64,000 bases of DNA from Octopus vulgaris. Taxonomy: Eukaryota. The position numbers and the translations under genes were made by a program. The number at the start of each line of letters is the position of its first letter. Positions within the stretch are counted from its first letter, which is position 1. Below are positions 11,650 through 25,990 of the stretch, piece after piece. Under the pieces are notes generated by a model. That model did no database searches, had not been told where the DNA came from, and saw only the letters and a list, made by a program, of their open reading frames with translations. Location of the stretch: assembly GCA_951406725.2 (NCBI GenBank), contig OX597818.1:119226001-119290000 (forward strand), given 5' to 3'.

Positions 11650-12384
11650 TACATATGTTCTAAATTCTGTCTGTTGTTAGCTAACTCCTCCTACACCGTT
11701 TTATCAATTTTGATGAGACTTGACACGTGAGTATATTTTATTGTAAAAAGCAAGGGAAATAATCCATTCATTTTTCTAAATTGTTTGGTAAAAATGAAAT
11801 TGAGTATGCGTATTTCTTAGTATTTGAACTGTTAGATCTATTTTTGCACTTTATCCAGTAAAACCCTTAAAAATAATTAGTATTTTCTAAAACAATACAT
11901 CCACTTATTTCGGTTAGTGGCTTATTCACGAATATACCAACACTAGCACCCCTGAGGGTAATATTGTCTGGGAACACACAAAAGCCTTTTTCAGAGTTAT
12001 TTTCTTTGAATTATTATCTCATATCTGATTAGCCTGTTATTACGTAACATGCTTCACGGGTTTAGTATACATACCTTATTAGTATTGTCTCCTATGTTCT
12101 ATATACTATTGGAGCGCATTAAAGCCCTTTTCGGGGCTACTTTATTCGAATTCTTACAATGGGGTAACTACTTTCATGTTATTACATAACTGACATCATA
12201 ATTTGAGTATTCATATCTTTTTGGGAGTTCCTAAAAACAAGATCCTGTGTAATACAGTTCAGTATTCACTGTAAATGCACAAAAACCATTTTAAGGACTA
12301 CATACTTCATATCGTTGTTATTGGAGAACGGAACCAAGGGATAAGCCCCGCTTTCCCGGGGATTACCGTGTACGTCAGCTAGTA
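11650..12384 (+). mobile_element. Helitron-like non-autonomous element
   Basis: Begins next to (TA)n with tctgtctg...ctcctcctacaccg; ends in an imperfect GC hairpin (cccgg gatta ccgtg) followed by CTAG|T; internal imperfect direct repeats near 11980 and 12120. Confidence 0.45.
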
Positions 12385-13196
12385 TATAAATACTTATATA
12401 CTTATACGTACACATACTTGTACCTATATACATACATACATACAATTGTAACAGTTCCACTGTTGTTTATATTCCATTGTTGATGACAACAAATGTGTCA
12501 CGTGTTTTCATTATGTTAATTTTGTGTCATGTCTTGTGATTCTGCTCATTATACTCACTACCCAGTATCAATAACTCCATAGCGCTATATTTTACCTTCG
12601 ACTCGTAAAATCGAATGTTTTTCTCGGTGGATTAAATATAGCTTAAGTTTTCATCCGGATTTCTTAGAATGAAATGTCTAAATTGTTCAATGAATAAAGA
12701 ATGCAACATTTGTTTTTGAAGTGTACGGTATACCAAAATTTCGTTTTATGCGTATGCCGTCTTCTTCGAACTTACGTAAAAATCATACGATCGTATATGC
12801 ATACACATACGTACATTCACACGTTTATGCATGCAGATATACAAATAAGTATCTAGATACGATATCATAGTTATTCATATCGACATAGATATACATATGT
12901 GGAAACAAGGATATAGAAACGTGTGTGTTTTTTATCTACATAAAAATAATATGCGCATTTGTATGTGTGTGCATATATTTATGCAGATTCACACGCACAC
13001 ATATATGCATAGGCAGGTAAGATAAATTCATATACACTCACAAACACACACAGAGACAAACATACATACATACATACTTATGTGCGTACATATATATATA
13101 TATATATAAACACAGACACACACACACATTTATGCATAGGCAGGTAAGATAAAATCATATACGCACACAGAAAAACGTACATACGTAATTATGTGC

Positions 13197-13235
<39 letters not shown>

Positions 13236-13257
13236 TATATATATACGTATCTATATA

Positions 13258-13329
<72 letters not shown>

Positions 13330-14073
13330 CAGACATATATATGTATATATACACACATATACACATTTATATAGAGCCATCACGAAATACTTTTTATATT
13401 TAACACTTCAACAGACGATCACCTCATCCATTTGATTTCTTTGATATCGTATACTCCTAGTTATGCGTTTTATATTTCTTTTCTAGAATCTAGGCGCGTA
13501 ATTGAAACAGATTAATATAGATATATGTTGCTGCGTATATCTATCTTCTTCTAATATCTCACAACAATTCATTGAGATTGATACAATATAGCAAACTGAA
13601 GTAGCTTGTGCTGAAGATCAGGTCCATATACAATAATCAGCGGAGCTTCTTTTCCAAATAGCTGTCGTGATTAATACGAGCTGAAAAATAGACTTCAAAA
13701 CTAATACGCTGAAAGGAAACTTATATTTCCTATATTAATATCGAACTAACAAACATATGCACTCTCTCTGTGTATCGCCGTCTATCTCCCCCTCTCTCAC
13801 TCTCTCTCTCTCTGTATATCTCTCTCTTTATCTGTCTCTCTGTCTATCTGTCTCCCTCTCTCTCTCTGTATATACATCACTCTCTCTTACTTTCTCCCAT
13901 TCTTTATGTATGTATCTCACAGGCGATATAGTTGAATAGACACACGTACAATCACGAACATTCAAGCATATTTATATATTTACATATGTGTGTGTATGTA
14001 TGTATGTATAAATATATATATCCATATATATTTTTATATATAAGTATATATCTATACTCATATACATATATAC

Positions 14074-14125
<52 letters not shown>

Positions 14126-14154
14126 GTATACGTAGCATATTCATATATGCATAC

Positions 14155-14223
<69 letters not shown>

Positions 14224-14401
14224 CATGTATATATATATTCGGAGATATGTACATATATATTTGCACTTATATGTGCATATATTTATATAATTTTATGTAT
14301 AAATATGCATATATATGTATATAAGTATATATATGTACATGTATACATACATATAAATGCATTATAAATATATTCAAATATATAAATACATATATATATA
14401 T

Positions 14402-14464
<63 letters not shown>

Positions 14465-15857
14465 GTGCTTCTTTCAAGGCAGTTAATATCCCTTAACATA
14501 TCTAACAATATATGAATGATATATAAAAGTGTCTTGTGCCGTTTCTCATTTGTTTGTGTCTGTATTTCTCTGACAGTTTGCGAACGTTTCTATGCTTGTG
14601 TGTAGGTAGATCTACGTACGTCTTCGTGTACGAATTCTTGTGTTAGCTACCATTTCTAAAATACAGGAGGCAATTGGATATTGCTTGGATGAATATAATG
14701 TGCGGGGGTGAAGATTTGCTACAAATATTGCGAAGCGGATGATTTAAACGGCTCTCACATTAAGCAAAAAATAAAATAATGTGCTACTTTTTTGTTGTTG
14801 CTTTTTCCCCCCCTTTTCTTTCAATTGCTCGAGGAAGAATATATCTATTTAGTAATCGATGACTTGTGATACGATGAAGTTAGAATTTCCTATGACTGAT
14901 TTGCAAGCTCGCTATTGCTAGGTTAATGATTGCGCCTGAGTTATTTTCCACCGTAACATTTTCATCAGTCACTTCAATAAATCAGAGCTTGTATACAATT
15001 TGCTGCTTTATACATTCGTATGTATGTATGTACGGGTATATGTGTGCGTGTGTATGTGTGTTTGTGTATATGTATGTAAATATATATGTATTTGTATATA
15101 TATATATATATAGCTGTATACATCATGTATATATACACATACATATATCTGTTTTTATGTCCCTCTCTCGATCTGTATATCTATTTATGTACATGTATAT
15201 GTATATAGTCATACACATATATACATATATATATATGTATACATATACATGCATGTATGCATACATATATATCTAGGATTACATAGTATTTACAAATCTG
15301 TGTATATACACATATATATATGCATATATATATATATATGTGTGTGTGTGTATACAAACACATACACACACACACACATATATATACACACACATATAAA
15401 CACATATACATATATATGCGTGTGATCATATGTTAGAATAAAGATCTAAATACGTGTTAAAATTAACGGAATGAATGAGAAGTGAAATTCATGCATTTAT
15501 TTAAGTTCAAATTCGTTGAAGTATACAGAAATTTCCGTAAGTGAGCGATCCAACAGGAATTGCCTCACAATTTTCTGTTATAATAATTTTTTTGGGAAAA
15601 TGAGTGGAGGAACCTTGCCAGAAGAAGTCAATATCTGCAAAATGAGTGAATCCTGTAAATGGATATAGACTGTAACATTAGAAGAGTTCTAATCTTGGAA
15701 TGCCATATCGATTGCCCGGACCGTGCCATTTCAGTTAATTTATGGTGCTAGTATTGTAAATATTTTTGTAAAAAGCATGTAAGTTGAGTTGATCTATGAT
15801 AATTGCGCATTTATTTAAAGCTGTTAAAGTAACCAATACTGCTTCCATCTCTAATAA

Positions 15858-16260
15858 TTATTTCTACTCTAGACATAAGGGCTTGGAAATTTTTGAGGCG
15901 AGGGGATATTCGACTGAATTAACCCCAGTGCGTAACTGGTACTTATTTCATCGACCCTGAAAGGATGAAAGGCAAAGTCGACCTCGGCGGAATTTGAATT
16001 CAGAACGTAGCGGTAGACGAAATACCTATTTCTTTACTACCCACAAGGGGCTAAACACAGAGAGGACAAACAAGGACAGACAAACAGATTAAGTCGATTA
16101 TATTGACGCCAGTACTTAACTGGTACTTATTTAATCGACCCCGAAAGGATGAAAGGCAAAGTCGACCTCGGTGGAAATTCAACTCAGAACGTAACGGCAG
16201 ACGAAATACCGTTAAGGATTTCACCCGGCTTTCTAACGATTCTGCCAGCTCAGCGCCTCC
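15858..16260 (-). mobile_element. SINE family B dimer
   Basis: Full monomer ~16027-16260 joined to a head-truncated monomer ~15858-16026. Confidence 0.9.
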
Positions 16261-17040
16261 TTTCCTGATATAATAATGCATATGTAAAATTGCCTTTTTT
16301 CTGATGATTATTTAATTTATTTTGACAGAAAAGAAGGAGCTGTGTACTTTAACGTTCTAAGGGTCTCTAAAATTAAATGGACAACTGGAAGACCCTAGAA
16401 GAGAATATGCTGTTCAAGATAGTTGCAAAGATAATGTTAGCGTTCGAACAAGTGACAGATTAAGGTTAGCAACACATTAATTGAAGGGCATGGTAGAAAT
16501 CCCTTGGCCTAGGTATCGTGCTGTGAAATCATCCCAGAAACACATTTCAATGCAACTAGATAAGTTATAAGTCGTTATATTAGAGAACTACAGTCACTTC
16601 ATGTTGCTTGTATATTATAGAGGAAATTAATTCTCATTTGAACTCACTTATCTCAACATAAAGTGTATGCATTAAAAAATGTTCGTAGGATTTTCACCAT
16701 TAAGATAAAGTGAGCATCAAATATCAGTGAAAAATCAGCGGTTTCTATTACTGGTTGAAACAAAAGGTTCTGTATTGGTTGAATCCACTGTTAAGAAGTA
16801 TAACTATTTCATGCTCATTGGACATAAATCTATTACTGAATAAAGGAAGGCAATATATGTTATAATTGAATAATTTCTTGAATAGCTGTCTTATTTAATC
16901 TACTTCAATAGGATTATGTTTATTAGAGATTGCAGCTCTTTTAGTTAGTAAGCAACGTAAGTGGTGCGTTTAAGTATCTACACCACATTAACTGAGAAAT
17001 GCGTAGGTATTGTTTTTTCTTTCAATATATAGTTCATATT

Positions 17041-17510
17041 AAGGTAGCAAGTTAGCAAGATCGCTACTGAGTCGGACAAAATGTTTAGCGGCGTTTCGTT
17101 CGCCTTTACGTTTTGGGTTTAGATTCCGCCGAGGTCGACTGTGCCGTTTATCTTTTCGGACCCTATAATATATGTACCAGCTGATCACTGGTGTCGATGT
17201 AATCCACTTGCCCTCTCCACGAGATTGCTGGCCCTCCGCCAAAATTTAAAATCAATATATAGTTCAAATTAAAGTCGCCGAACTAGCAGAACACCGGGCG
17301 AAATGGTTATCGGCATTCCGTCTGTCTTTTCGTTCTGAGTTCAAATTCAGCTGAGGTCGATTTTGCCATTCATTCTTCCGGGTTCGAGAAATTCCGTTGA
17401 GGACTACTTTGTCTCATATTTTGGGGATCGATATTTTCACTGGATCGACGTAATAAACTTATTCCTTTTCCTGAAATTGCTAGCCATGTGCCAAAATATG
17501 AAACCAATGG
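17041..17510 (+). mobile_element. Two adjacent degenerate SINE family B copies
   Basis: Heads at ~17041 and ~17271; tcaatatatagttca(t/a)attaa is duplicated either side of the first copy. Confidence 0.8.
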
Positions 17511-17915
17511 TTCATATTTGTTACTCAGGATCTCTACAGTTAGATTGTATATCGACATTATTACAAGGATTATTTTAATAAATTTCATAATTTCCTATTT
17601 AATCTAGAATTGTCCCAAAATTTCTTGGTAGTAACAAAGATACTCATTACAGTTGTGAAATATATAGTCGTATGTGTACAGAAATATCTCATCGCTGATG
17701 GTAATGCATTTCACTTATAACGTATATTTCGGTTAATCTGGGATCGGCAGCAATGCTTTCTTACATAAAAATCGTATGTTTATAAATATAAACAAAATAA
17801 AAAGGCAAGAGATAAGAATGGTGAATATATTTAACCACTTAGCATTCTTTAAAATTACGAAGATTCGCAGACAACATCATATAATCATAATTTTAGTGCA
17901 TGATAAATTATTTTT

Positions 17916-19152
17916 GAGGATGCGCCGCAAAGAATTTCCGATTCACATTTAATCATATTTTTTAGTAATTGGCACAAAACACACGAGTTCATTAGGATTT
18001 AATTATGCTCATGTAACGTATTAAGATAAGTTTCATTCAATATGTCCGCCTTTAGCCTTCACATTCTCCGGAAGATGGATGAGAATAGAATCACGCGAAC
18101 GCTGGACGATTTCTTCACTTAAACGCTCCCTTGACGCGACTAAGGCTTTCTTTAGAGCTGTGAAATTTCTTGAAATGTCTTCTACAATGAACCAAATAGC
18201 AAAGGCCATAGGTTTCGCTTCTAGGCTGGAGGGGGCCTCACATTCCTGTCCCTGAACCGGTTGAAATGTCTCCTGCACCATCGCTTTATCACACTGGACG
18301 TATGAGAAGGAGCGCTGTCTTGCGTGAACACGTGATTATCTCAAGTACTTCGGTCAACCATGAGAAAACATTACCCTCAAATATTTTTGCGTAAATTGGC
18401 TAATTGACCTTCGTCCCCTTTTTAATGAACACCAGAGTTTTTCCACCATCGTGGACACTGCCGCCCAAACCTTCAGTCCGGTGGATTTCATTCTGCGAAA
18501 CTGCTTACGGGCTCTTTCTGGAGCGGCATCCGACATCTCGGTCAAAACCCCGTCATTTTGAGTGTTCGTTTCAGCTTCCACGGTGAATATCTTTTCGTCT
18601 AACAACATGAAGATACTGTCACCGGCACTCTGAATCTCCTCCGCAATTTTCTTGCTCCTATCCAGCCACTTTGCTTTGGAAGCGGCCGAAATTAGATGTC
18701 GACGTTGCAATTTTAATGTCTTCATGCACGACCCGCTCCATGGTTGTCAGGGAGATTTCGAAATTTCTAGCCATTTGCCTCATGCTCGGCCGTGGGTTTC
18801 GTGACTCTCTCTTTCAGACGACATCGGCCAATTATGTCGTCCTTGCAGATCGTTTTCGACAGGAATGGGTCCGCTGTCGATTGAACCTGTCTCACAGTAG
18901 CGTTTCTTGATACTATAGACTGTTTCAGGATCAACACCAACCCGTGAAGCCACGTCTCTGGTGTTATGTCTTGCTTGTTTCAGAACTACAATCTCACTTC
19001 GCTTATTAGCTGCCATATTGAAACATTTTCCTCGCCGAATGTAAATGAACAATTGAATGTCAAAGTGTGCATCTTAATTATTTTTGTGCAATTTCATGCT
19101 AAATTCAATAAAACAAATTTAATTAATCGGGAATTCTCTACGGCGCACTCTA
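17916..19152 (-). mobile_element. Tc1/mariner-superfamily transposon, maT/DD37D-like, decayed
   Basis: TIRs tgcgccgcaaagaatttccgatt / aatcgggaattctctacggcgca; frameshifted transposase with an HTH (MAANKRSEIV..VASRVGV..TVYSIKKRY), DEKIFTVE..NTQND, VWAAVS, QDSAPSH and SSLEAKPMAFAIW motifs. Confidence 0.88.
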
Positions 19153-19900
19153 TACATGTCTGCATCAATATATATGCCATCCACTGTACAATAAAATTCA
19201 CATTTACAATTGTACATTTCCATGCAGAAAAAGCAAACTAATCCATCAAATTATGAGATCACCAGAACACCATAGTTACACCAACATTTCAGCTCTAAGT
19301 ATACATACAAAATTTAAGCTTTTATGTACAATGTATGGAAGACCGACACTACAAAATCTTCGCTTGATATTTTCATTAAAACTAAATATAAACAATAAAT
19401 GCAATTTGTAACATATTAATTAAGATGTTGGATCCAAGTTTAGGGAGTTGACAATCCTTAAAGTGAGGAAAACACAGCAAAGGAATAGGGGCGGATGTAA
19501 ATAGGTTAAGCAATAATATTTAAAAGGTATCTAAAAATACATATAAATAATATAAAATATAATATAAGTGAATTCAGTATCGAACAGACAGATACAGATA
19601 TAGATTAAACCAACGACAATAGTTTTCAAATAAGGTTAAAGATCAAAATCCTCAGTGTATTCTGACTCAATAAACTGTAGTGAAACCTAGGCGATAGCCA
19701 CGCCAACATAGAATCGCTTAGATATAAGTGTTAACATACTAGAAAATGCAAACCCACAGAGCTGTATATTTATATAACGTTATATATTTATACAACATAC
19801 CACACAGAGACAAACATTGCATATACATTTAGCATTCAAGGCATAATCGCCTGACGTCTTAACAATGGATTTACATGGCTTTTGAGTGTATATAGATAAT

Positions 19901-20277
19901 TTTTTTTTTGGAAGCACTCCGTCGGTTAAGACGACGAGGGTTCCGGTTGATCCGAATCAACGGAACAGCCTGCTCGTGAAATTAACGTGTAAGTGGCTGA
20001 GCACTCCACAGACACGAGTATCCTTAACGTAGTTCTCGGGGATATTCAGCGTGACACAGAGAGTTGAAATACAGGTACAACAGAAACAGGAAGTAAGAGT
20101 GAGAGAAAGTTGTGGTGAAAGAGTATAGCAGGGATCACCACCATCCCCTGCCGGAGCCTCGTGGAGCTTTAGGTGTTTTCGCTCAATAAACACGCACAAC
20201 GCCCGGTCTGGGAATCGAAACCGCGATCCTATGACCGCGAGTCCGCTGCCCTAACCACTGGGCCATTGCGCCTCCAC
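19901..20277 (-). mobile_element. SINE family C with tail type 1, poly(A) end and 12-bp TSD
   Basis: tRNA-like head gtggaggcgcaatggcccagtggttaggg..ggtttcgattccc; TSD tatatagataat at 19889-19900 and 20278-20289. Confidence 0.93.
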
Positions 20278-21063
20278 TATATAGATAATAGAACAAATAG
20301 ACTTGAAACTGCAGTGGTGAGCTAGATTCTTGAATGTAACGACTATGTATGGGCTTGAACCGGTTGCGAGATTAAATTTACCATCTAATAATACAGAATA
20401 TACCAACCAACTGAATTACAACGATGTATTTCCAACAACATCTGAAAGATTTCGTCAATGCACCTCAACCGCACCAGTTTTGACAGAACCTTATTTGGTG
20501 AAATACGAAGTAAAACTTGTCGGGATTTAAATTTCCAAAGAAGCGAACAGAAACAAAGTATCTAATTTTTTCCAGTGTCTTTAAACGTAAACCCTGAATG
20601 CAAGATCTCTATTCAAGATCTCTATTCGGACAAAATTGAATACTGGAAGACATTTAATCTGTGATAAACATCATCACCTACATAAAGTCTCTCAGAGGCT
20701 ACAAGGAAGAGGGCCGAAAGAATATTCCATTCCCAATCACGGAACTTGTCAAGGCTTCTTGCAATGGGAGGGGGGTGCTTCCCAATCGACTTAAGGGATA
20801 ATTGAGGGTGTTTATTTAACATATTTAGTCACTTTTATGCATATATATATATTGTTTTAGACTTGTTTTATATATTGTTTTATATATTGGGGCATTGTTA
20901 CTGCTAAGATTCCACTTACACGCCATAGTTCCGCACTATGATATCCAACTCATACGTGCAAAATGAAAAGAATTTTAACGGCCATTCTTGTGATCAACTT
21001 TTGAACTAGAACATAAGGCTACACGAAAACGCACATAATTGTATACATATATATACTCTGTAA

Positions 21064-21536
21064 TCTTTTACTCTTTTACTTGTTTCAGTCATTTGACTGT
21101 GGCCATGCTGGAGTACTGCTTTTAGTCGAACAAATCGACCCCAGGACTTATTCTTTGTAAGCCTAGTACTTATTCTATCGGTTCTCTTTTGCCGAACCGC
21201 TAAGTTACGGGGACGTAAACACACCAGCATCGGTTGTCAAGTGAATCTGGGGGGACAAACACAGACACACAAATACATCCCACACACACATATATGTGTA
21301 TATATATATATATATCTATATATAGACACATATGTATATATATATACAGAGAGAGAGAGAGACATATATATACGACAGGCTTCTTTCAGTTTCCGTCTAC
21401 CAAATTCACTCACAAGGCTTTGGTCGGCACGAAGCTATAGTAGAAGAAACTGGCCCAAGGTACCAAGCAGTGAGACTGGACCCGGAACCATGTGGTTCGC
21501 AAGTAAGCTACTTACCACACAGCCACTCATACGCCT
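21064..21536 (-). mobile_element. SINE family A, full length
   Basis: tRNA-like head, CORE-like ccttgggc segment, internal TA/CA microsatellite, LINE-like tail ending (gtaaaaga)n. Confidence 0.93.
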
Positions 21537-21618
21537 ATCTGGAATATATAAAAAAGCGTCGGTACACAGACACACATACGCATACGCAGCAGCTTCACAC
21601 ACACAAACATACACCGAT

Positions 21619-21731
<113 letters not shown>

Positions 21732-22052
21732 TGATATTCGAGCTTACACATGAATACATATACACAGACATGTAGGTATTTACTTAGATTTCCTGAGATA
21801 ATAGCAATTACTAAGGCTGAATGATTAACATATCTTTGTTAATCATATTTACAGCAGACATTGAAATGAATTAACCAATTTTAATCAATTATATCAATAT
21901 TATTTTAAGAAACATCGTTAACAAATGACATTAGGTCCAACATAAATGTTTTCATTACACTTAAATAAAACACAATATATATATATACATATATATAAAA
22001 CTTTATATATATAGATATAAATTTAGATATATATATATATATATATATACAT

Positions 22053-22428
22053 CGGGTCCAGTCTCACTGCGTGGTAACTTGGGCAAGTGCCTTCTACTAT
22101 AGCCTCGGGCCGACCAAAGCCTTGTGAGTGGATTTGGTAGACGAAACTGAAAGAAGCCCGTCGTATATATGTATATATATATACGTATATATATATATGT
22201 GTGTTTGTGTGTCTGTGTGTGTGTCTGTGTCCCCCCCCCCCCGACATCGCTTGACAACTGATGCTGGTGTGCTTACGTTCCCGTAACTAATAGGTTCAGC
22301 AGAAGAGACCGATAGAATTAGTATTAGGTTTACAAATGGTAAGCCCCTGGGGTCGATTTGCTCGACTAAAGGCGGTGCTTCAGCATGGCCGCTGTCAAAT
22401 GACTGAAACAAGTAAAAGAGTAAAAGAG
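22053..22428 (+). mobile_element. SINE family A, 5'-truncated
   Basis: Matches family A body and tail. Confidence 0.92.
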
Positions 22429-22453
22429 TATATATATATATATATATGTACAT

Positions 22454-22632
22454 AGTTGAAATTTATAGGAAAACGAAAGACGAAGACAGGTGTATGAACA
22501 ACAAGCAAGTGTATCAGTTTGAGGCTCAGTAAAATGAAAGTATTTTACGTTTCGAGCGTACGCTCTTCAACAGGAAGGAGTAGGAGGAGAGGAACAGAGG
22601 GAGAATGAAAACATTTGTAGGTTTCAGCGGTC
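22454..22632 (-). mobile_element. PLE-like terminal repeat fragment beside (TA)n
   Basis: Homologous to 31881-32060; minus strand CTGTTGA-A-GAGCG ta CGCTC-GAAA-CG-TA is a degenerate hammerhead core. Confidence 0.55.
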
Positions 22633-22940
22633 TTGCATACACACACACACACACATATATGTATATATATTTATATATACACACACAAACACACGTGTGT
22701 GCGTATATGAGTGTTTGTGTGAGTGCGCATATATGTGCATATATGTCCGTTTATGTGACTGTATGAAGAAGTAGAGAAAATATTATGATTTTTATACTAT
22801 CGTAATTCATTTCCAAATACTATCAAATTGGTTGTCATTCGCTTTGAATTCATTTATGTCGTATACATTGATATACACACACACACGAACATATACATCC
22901 ATAGACACACTCGCATGCACACACACAAACACACACACAC

Positions 22941-23016
<76 letters not shown>

Positions 23017-23119
23017 CAAAACAGTTTAATTTTGATTCCGTGCATCGTCGAGTTTCCTTGGTCTCGTGGAATAGCCAAATGTAGGGAGAGATAAAGGGAG
23101 GTGGTTGCAATTGGTAAGA

Positions 23120-23216
23120 AGACCTCGGCGGAATTTGAACTCAGAACGAAACGGCAGACGAAATACGGCTACGTATTTCGACCGGCGTGCTAACGGTTCT
23201 GCCAGCTAGCCGTCTT
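23120..23216 (-). mobile_element. SINE family B head fragment
   Basis: gacctcggcggaatttgaactcagaac...tctgccagctagcc. Confidence 0.85.
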
Positions 23217-23927
23217 ATATTTTGAAATAATAATGCAATTGTTTTACATTCATTTCACTAATTATATTAGTTAATTTGCACAAGCCAACTATAGAATCCC
23301 TAATTGAACTTTGTGTAGGCTGCAGGCTGTATCCAAATCTTTGTAAAGATTTGTCTATTAACTATCATCAAAATAAGATATATAATGGATCACGTAATCC
23401 TAAATACGACTTTTCTGGTAAAATTCGGTATTGTCGTAACAGGCATGACTTCTATCATGGATTCTGTATCAAGACTGATAGGACGTTAAAGATCACTAAA
23501 ATCAACATCGATAATTTGATTTACGGACAAGAGAATGGATTTTATCTGAGATCTCGTGTTAAAACTCAGATGATTGCAACAAGGCAGGCACAATTAAGCC
23601 ACTCGCAAGAAAAAAAAACACTGATAACTTCATTTAGGTTTAAACGTTTATTATTTGTAATATGTGTCAAAAATTCCGTTACCAGTAACAGCAATGTGGT
23701 CGACTTACAAAATTTATTCTGAGATCTCAAAGTGAACACCGCGAGATAAACATTATACCATCAGGTAATTACTGAGCCTCATACACGAATAAGCAGAGCT
23801 TCCACATATTTGAGTTGTATTGTCCAAAAAAAACACAGGCGTTGAATCATCTAGTTCTAAATGATGTTTCTCCGAGAAAATTCCAGATTATCACTTCTGA
23901 AACGATAAAAATAAATAATACATCCTG

Positions 23928-24560
23928 TTAAAGCCTAACTAGGCTAATGGGCCCGGTTTCCCGGTTTTAATGCCGTATGTGTTACCCTGCTGGACAGGAC
24001 GCCAGTCCATCGCAGCGTTACTCATTTTTGCCAGCTGAGTGGACTGGTGCAACGTGAAATAAAGTGTTTTGCTCAAGAACACATCGCGTCGCCCGGTCCA
24101 GGAAAGACAGGTGTAATGCCGCTAAGCATTTCGCCCGGTATGCTAACGATTCATATTTCTTTATTGCCCACATGGACAGGACAAACAAAGACAGACAAAG
24201 GGATTAAGTCGATTACATTGACCCCAGTGCGTAACTGGTACTTAATTTATCGACACCGAAAGGATGATTGGCAAAGTCGACCACAGCGGAATTTGAACTC
24301 AGAACGTAGCTGCAGACGAAATACCACTAAGCATTTTGCCCGACGCGCTAAAGTTTCTGCCAGCTCACCCACTTCGGTCAAATAACACTTTCTACTATAG
24401 GCACAAGACCTCAAATTTGGGGATTACATCGACCCCAGCACTCAAATGTTACTTAGTTTTATCAACCACGAAAAGATGAAAGATAATGTCGACCCCGGCG
24501 TAAGTTGGACTAAGAATTTTGCCAGGCGTGCTAAAGATTCCGTAGGCTCACCCACTTCGG
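23928..24560 (-). mobile_element. SINE cluster: family D fragment (23928-24101) and several family B pieces (24105-24560)
   Basis: Match to 49104-49360 and to the family B copies. Confidence 0.85.
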
Positions 24561-25043
24561 TTAAATAATAATAATAATAATAATAATACAAACCACAATA
24601 TTTTAATTCTATCGATTCTACTGATATATGATTTCGACAAGAATTAACAGGTGAGAATTTAAGTAAATATTTATAATTTCGTGCTTTAGTGTATTATAGT
24701 TTTTATCTTTAAGATTTATAATCATATTCCGTTTCTTTTATTTATTTCATTAATTGTTACCTAGCTACACTATGTTGTTTGCATCGATTTGTATCTTGTA
24801 ATGTCGGTCGTGTTTCTTGTCGTTGCTGATCTTCCATTGTTCAACTTCTGTATTATTTGTTAATTTTTATATGTAAGTATGTATGTATGTGTGTGAATGT
24901 GCGCAAATATGTGTGAGGTTTGTTATTTATTGAATAGAGATAATTTTGTTTGATATTTCGATCGAAATAATAAAGCCTTCGAAGTGACTTACTATAAATT
25001 GTACAGATTGATCGAACATTTCAAAACACTATCGGCCATGCAC

Positions 25044-25322
<279 letters not shown>

Positions 25323-25685
25323 AGAGACTTACCATTCATGCAGTAAGTGAAAAATATTGTCTTCACTGATAAGTCACACGTATTGAGGAGCGCATCGTCG
25401 CTGTGAATTCTCTTTCCTTTTCCCACTTTATTTTATTTGTTTACTTTTCTATTTTTATTTTGTCACATGACTAAATGAACAATCTAGTGGTCTATCATAT
25501 TAAAAGCGGATCTTCTTCTAGCATAAGGGTTTCCACATAGAGGTAAATTCTCTCTTATATGTATGTAATACTATTTACTGAACTTCAGTTTTTTATATGC
25601 TAGACCACTAGCATATAAAAATAGTGATAAAATTGATGTTATCAAATTAATATCCAATTTTTCACCCTCGTTTTAATTTATATAT

Positions 25686-25761
<76 letters not shown>

Positions 25762-25765
<4 letters not shown>

Positions 25766-25990
25766 TTGCGACCAAAATGTTCAGAACGGCATTGTTTTCG
25801 CCAGAAAAGTAGGTATAAGTTTTTATCAAAGTTATTTTATGTTCTATAATTTTCATAGACAATAAATACAATATTAACTGTTACTGTCTGAGATTTTGGT
25901 GTAATTTGAGAGGATAATACAAAAGTTATGGATGATTTAGTGATTTACTGCAAAAGCCATGGCGGCCAAAATAATCAGAACGGTTGAAAA
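25762..25990 (+). mobile_element. Solo Tc1-like transposon end with IR/DR-type inner repeat
   Basis: TA|CAGTTGCGACCAAAATGTTCAGAACGG after (TA)n; the motif recurs as gcggccaaaataatcagaacgg at ~25962. Confidence 0.5.

Noticed and set aside
13004-13162. Duplicated caggtaagat donor-like motif
   Set aside because: Part of a local duplication within microsatellite sequence; no exon evident.
20200-20277. tRNA-like sequence (also the heads of SINE A, B and D)
   Set aside because: Continues into SINE bodies with TSDs; not free-standing tRNA genes.
20330-20800. Short ORFs that may be retroelement debris
   Set aside because: No convincing ordered motifs.
23276-23722. 148-aa ORF in unique sequence
   Set aside because: TTG start, no domain or splice support; would need a homology search or RNA-seq.
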